A stretch of 14,533 bases of DNA, taken from assembly GCA_964573185.1 (NCBI GenBank), contig CAZNIQ010000017.1, positions 1 to 14,533 on the forward strand, in the 5' to 3' direction. This document shows positions 13,362 to 14,533 of this stretch, one piece after another; position 1 is the first letter of the stretch, and each line of letters starts with the position of its first letter. A program made the position numbers and the translations under genes. This DNA comes from Candidatus Woesearchaeota archaeon (GTDB lineage Archaea > Nanobdellota > Nanobdellia > Nanobdellales > CAZNIQ01). Under the pieces are notes generated by a model. It searched no databases. It was not told the origin of the DNA and worked only from the letters and a program-made list of their open reading frames with translations.

Positions 13362-13384
13362 TCAGCTGGCTCCGTAATCATCAT
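13362..13384 (-). ncRNA. single-guide box C/D 'half-mer' candidate fused to a stop codon
   Basis: The minus strand reads aUGAUGA (13384-13378; the first UGA is the stop of 13381..14115), then the 12-nt G+C-rich guide UUACGGAGCCAG (13377-13366), then CUGA (13365-13362). I found no C' box or second CUGA in the ~130 nt downstream on that strand. Confidence 0.45.
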
Positions 13385-14115
13385 TTTTCAGTTTTAACGA
13401 GGTTCTTCACTATAGCTTTTATCTTTTCATCTTTTACATTCTTTAAAATCCAACTCCAGACGTCCGTTGAAAAATCATAATTCCTTAATGGTAGCAAGTT
13501 CTTGAAATAGTAAAAATATTCATCATCTTTTGCTCTGGGACTCTTTCTTTTTAATTTACTCTGTATTTTGTATTCAAAGACATTTTGATCAATCAACCCC
13601 AATTTTAAACTTATTAATCCATTTGGAACAAAATAATCTAATAAAGCTTCACAAAACTTTGGCGGTAATTCTATATTGTTTAGCTCAAATAAAATATGCA
13701 AAATTTCATGTAAAAATACTGCAATAATCCTCTTTTCTTCTTTTTCATTTAGACCTATAATAATTACAGGATCTCCTTTTATTATTTTTGCCAATCCTAA
13801 TAATTCTTCATTTAAAAGGGGATATGCTAAAACAACCAATCTTTCTGGAATTTTTTCAATATTAAAAGCCTTCTTAAACAAAGGTAAAGCTCTATTAAAA
13901 TATTCTTTGAATTTTTCTTCAAATACACTGGCTAATAAAATTAAATCTTCTTCAATATCCAAATTATTCAAATCTAAATTATGTATATTCTTTAATTTCA
14001 TAGCTAAATCTTTATTTAAAAGATAGATTATATATAATAAGTAAGGATTTTCCTTTGCATAAAAGTTTATATAAAAAAGAAGCGCCTCCTTGCAAGGTAT
14101 AACTTTAATGTTCAT
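13381..14115 (-). CDS. putative zinc metallopeptidase (HExxH protein), family unknown
   Basis: 244 aa. It has a single HExxH motif in a hydrophobic helix (IIAVFLHEILHILFE). It overlaps the upstream aminopeptidase gene by 11 nt, which suggests co-translation. I recognise no other family signature. Confidence 0.7.
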   Translation of the reverse strand: MNIKVIPCKEALLFYINFYAKENPYLLYIIYLLNKDLAMKLKNIHNLDLNNLDIEEDLILLASVFEEKFKEYFNRALPLFKKAFNIEKIPERLVVLAYPLLNEELLGLAKIIKGDPVIIIGLNEKEEKRIIAVFLHEILHILFELNNIELPPKFCEALLDYFVPNGLISLKLGLIDQNVFEYKIQSKLKRKSPRAKDDEYFYYFKNLLPLRNYDFSTDVWSWILKNVKDEKIKAIVKNLVKTEK

Positions 14116-14533
14116 TTTTTAAGAATTCTATTAGCAATCTTACCCCGAATCCCGTACCTCCTTTATTCATCCATTCCCATTCCTTAGGATTTATTGCTGG
14201 ACCTGCTATATCTATATGAGCCCACGGGATGTTTTCTTTTACAAAATGCCATAAGAAAGCACCACCAACCAAAGGACTTGCTTCTCTGGAAGTAGGTGAG
14301 GGCATATTTTTTAGATCCGTGTATTCCCCTTTAACCATTTCTAAATAAATATCTTTATACTCTAATAATGGTAATTCCCACAGATATTCCTTTACTTTCT
14401 TACCTATTTCAATCAATTTTTCTATTAAATCTTTATTATTACCCATTACCGCAGCAACTCTATATCCCAAAGCAACTATTTGACCCCCTGTTAAAGTAGC
14501 CAAATCTATTATTAATTTTGGATTATAATGTTC
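14105..14533 (-). CDS. pepA: leucyl aminopeptidase (M17 family), C-terminal part; the CDS continues beyond the right edge
   Basis: IIDLATLTGG, WAHIDIAGP and GGTGFGVRLLIEFL are typical of the M17 catalytic-domain C-terminus. The frame stays open from 14503 to 14533 (EHYNPKLIIDL...), so the TTG 'start' in the ORF track is an artefact. Confidence 0.85.
   Translation of the reverse strand, partial: EHYNPKLIIDLATLTGGQIVALGYRVAAVMGNNKDLIEKLIEIGKKVKEYLWELPLLEYKDIYLEMVKGEYTDLKNMPSPTSREASPLVGGAFLWHFVKENIPWAHIDIAGPAINPKEWEWMNKGGTGFGVRLLIEFLKNEH

Noticed and set aside
14501-14503. TTG start codon given for the aminopeptidase ORF in the track
   Set aside because: The frame is open upstream to the window edge, and the upstream residues (KLIIDLATLTGG) are part of the conserved M17 core. 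The gene is truncated by the window rather than starting here.
1-14533. CRISPR arrays, transposases/integrases, toxin-antitoxin or recognisable defence genes
   Set aside because: No direct-repeat/spacer periodicity, no terminal inverted repeats flanking genes, and no nuclease, integrase or defence-type motifs were seen in any ORF. The window reads as core chromosome rather than an accessory island.

Overview
AT-rich (about 30% G+C by eye) and very gene-dense archaeal chromosome segment. The K/E/I-rich proteins and the G+C-rich RNA helices suggest a hyperthermophile with a reduced genome. Nanoarchaeota-like is my guess; it is unverified. I support 20 CDSs: 17 from the ORF track and 3 short ones I translated by hand.

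Most genes are housekeeping and RNA-centred: Taw1/TYW1, pyruvoyl arginine decarboxylase, M50 site-2 protease, L40e, LigT/ThpR, GlyRS, a SAM methyltransferase, RNase J and the C-terminus of an M17 aminopeptidase. There is also a minimal type-IV-pilus/archaellum-like operon (FlaI-like ATPase, a half-size FlaJ/TadC-like platform protein and small N-terminally hydrophobic proteins) and several unknowns.

Genes are packed by start/stop overlaps (ATGA, TAATG, 11-17 nt overlaps). One divergent pair has start codons only 3 bp apart.

The main signal outside the ORF track is that nearly every intergenic gap holds a box C/D sRNA. There are three textbook double-guide sRNAs, one single-guide 'half-mer' and one composite RNA. 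In the composite, a 49-nt K-loop-capped hairpin shaped like an H/ACA RNA sits between D' and C'. In four cases the UGA stop codon of the upstream gene is the first half of the C box (UGAUGA).

Other points worth a second look: an mTERF-like helical-repeat protein, a ~140-aa insertion in GlyRS, an Ala-rich membrane protein of atypical composition heading the pilus-like operon, and a 50-codon ORF that starts inside an sRNA C' box.

I saw no tRNA, rRNA, CRISPR array, transposase or integrase. All homology statements are motif recognition by eye; no searches were run.
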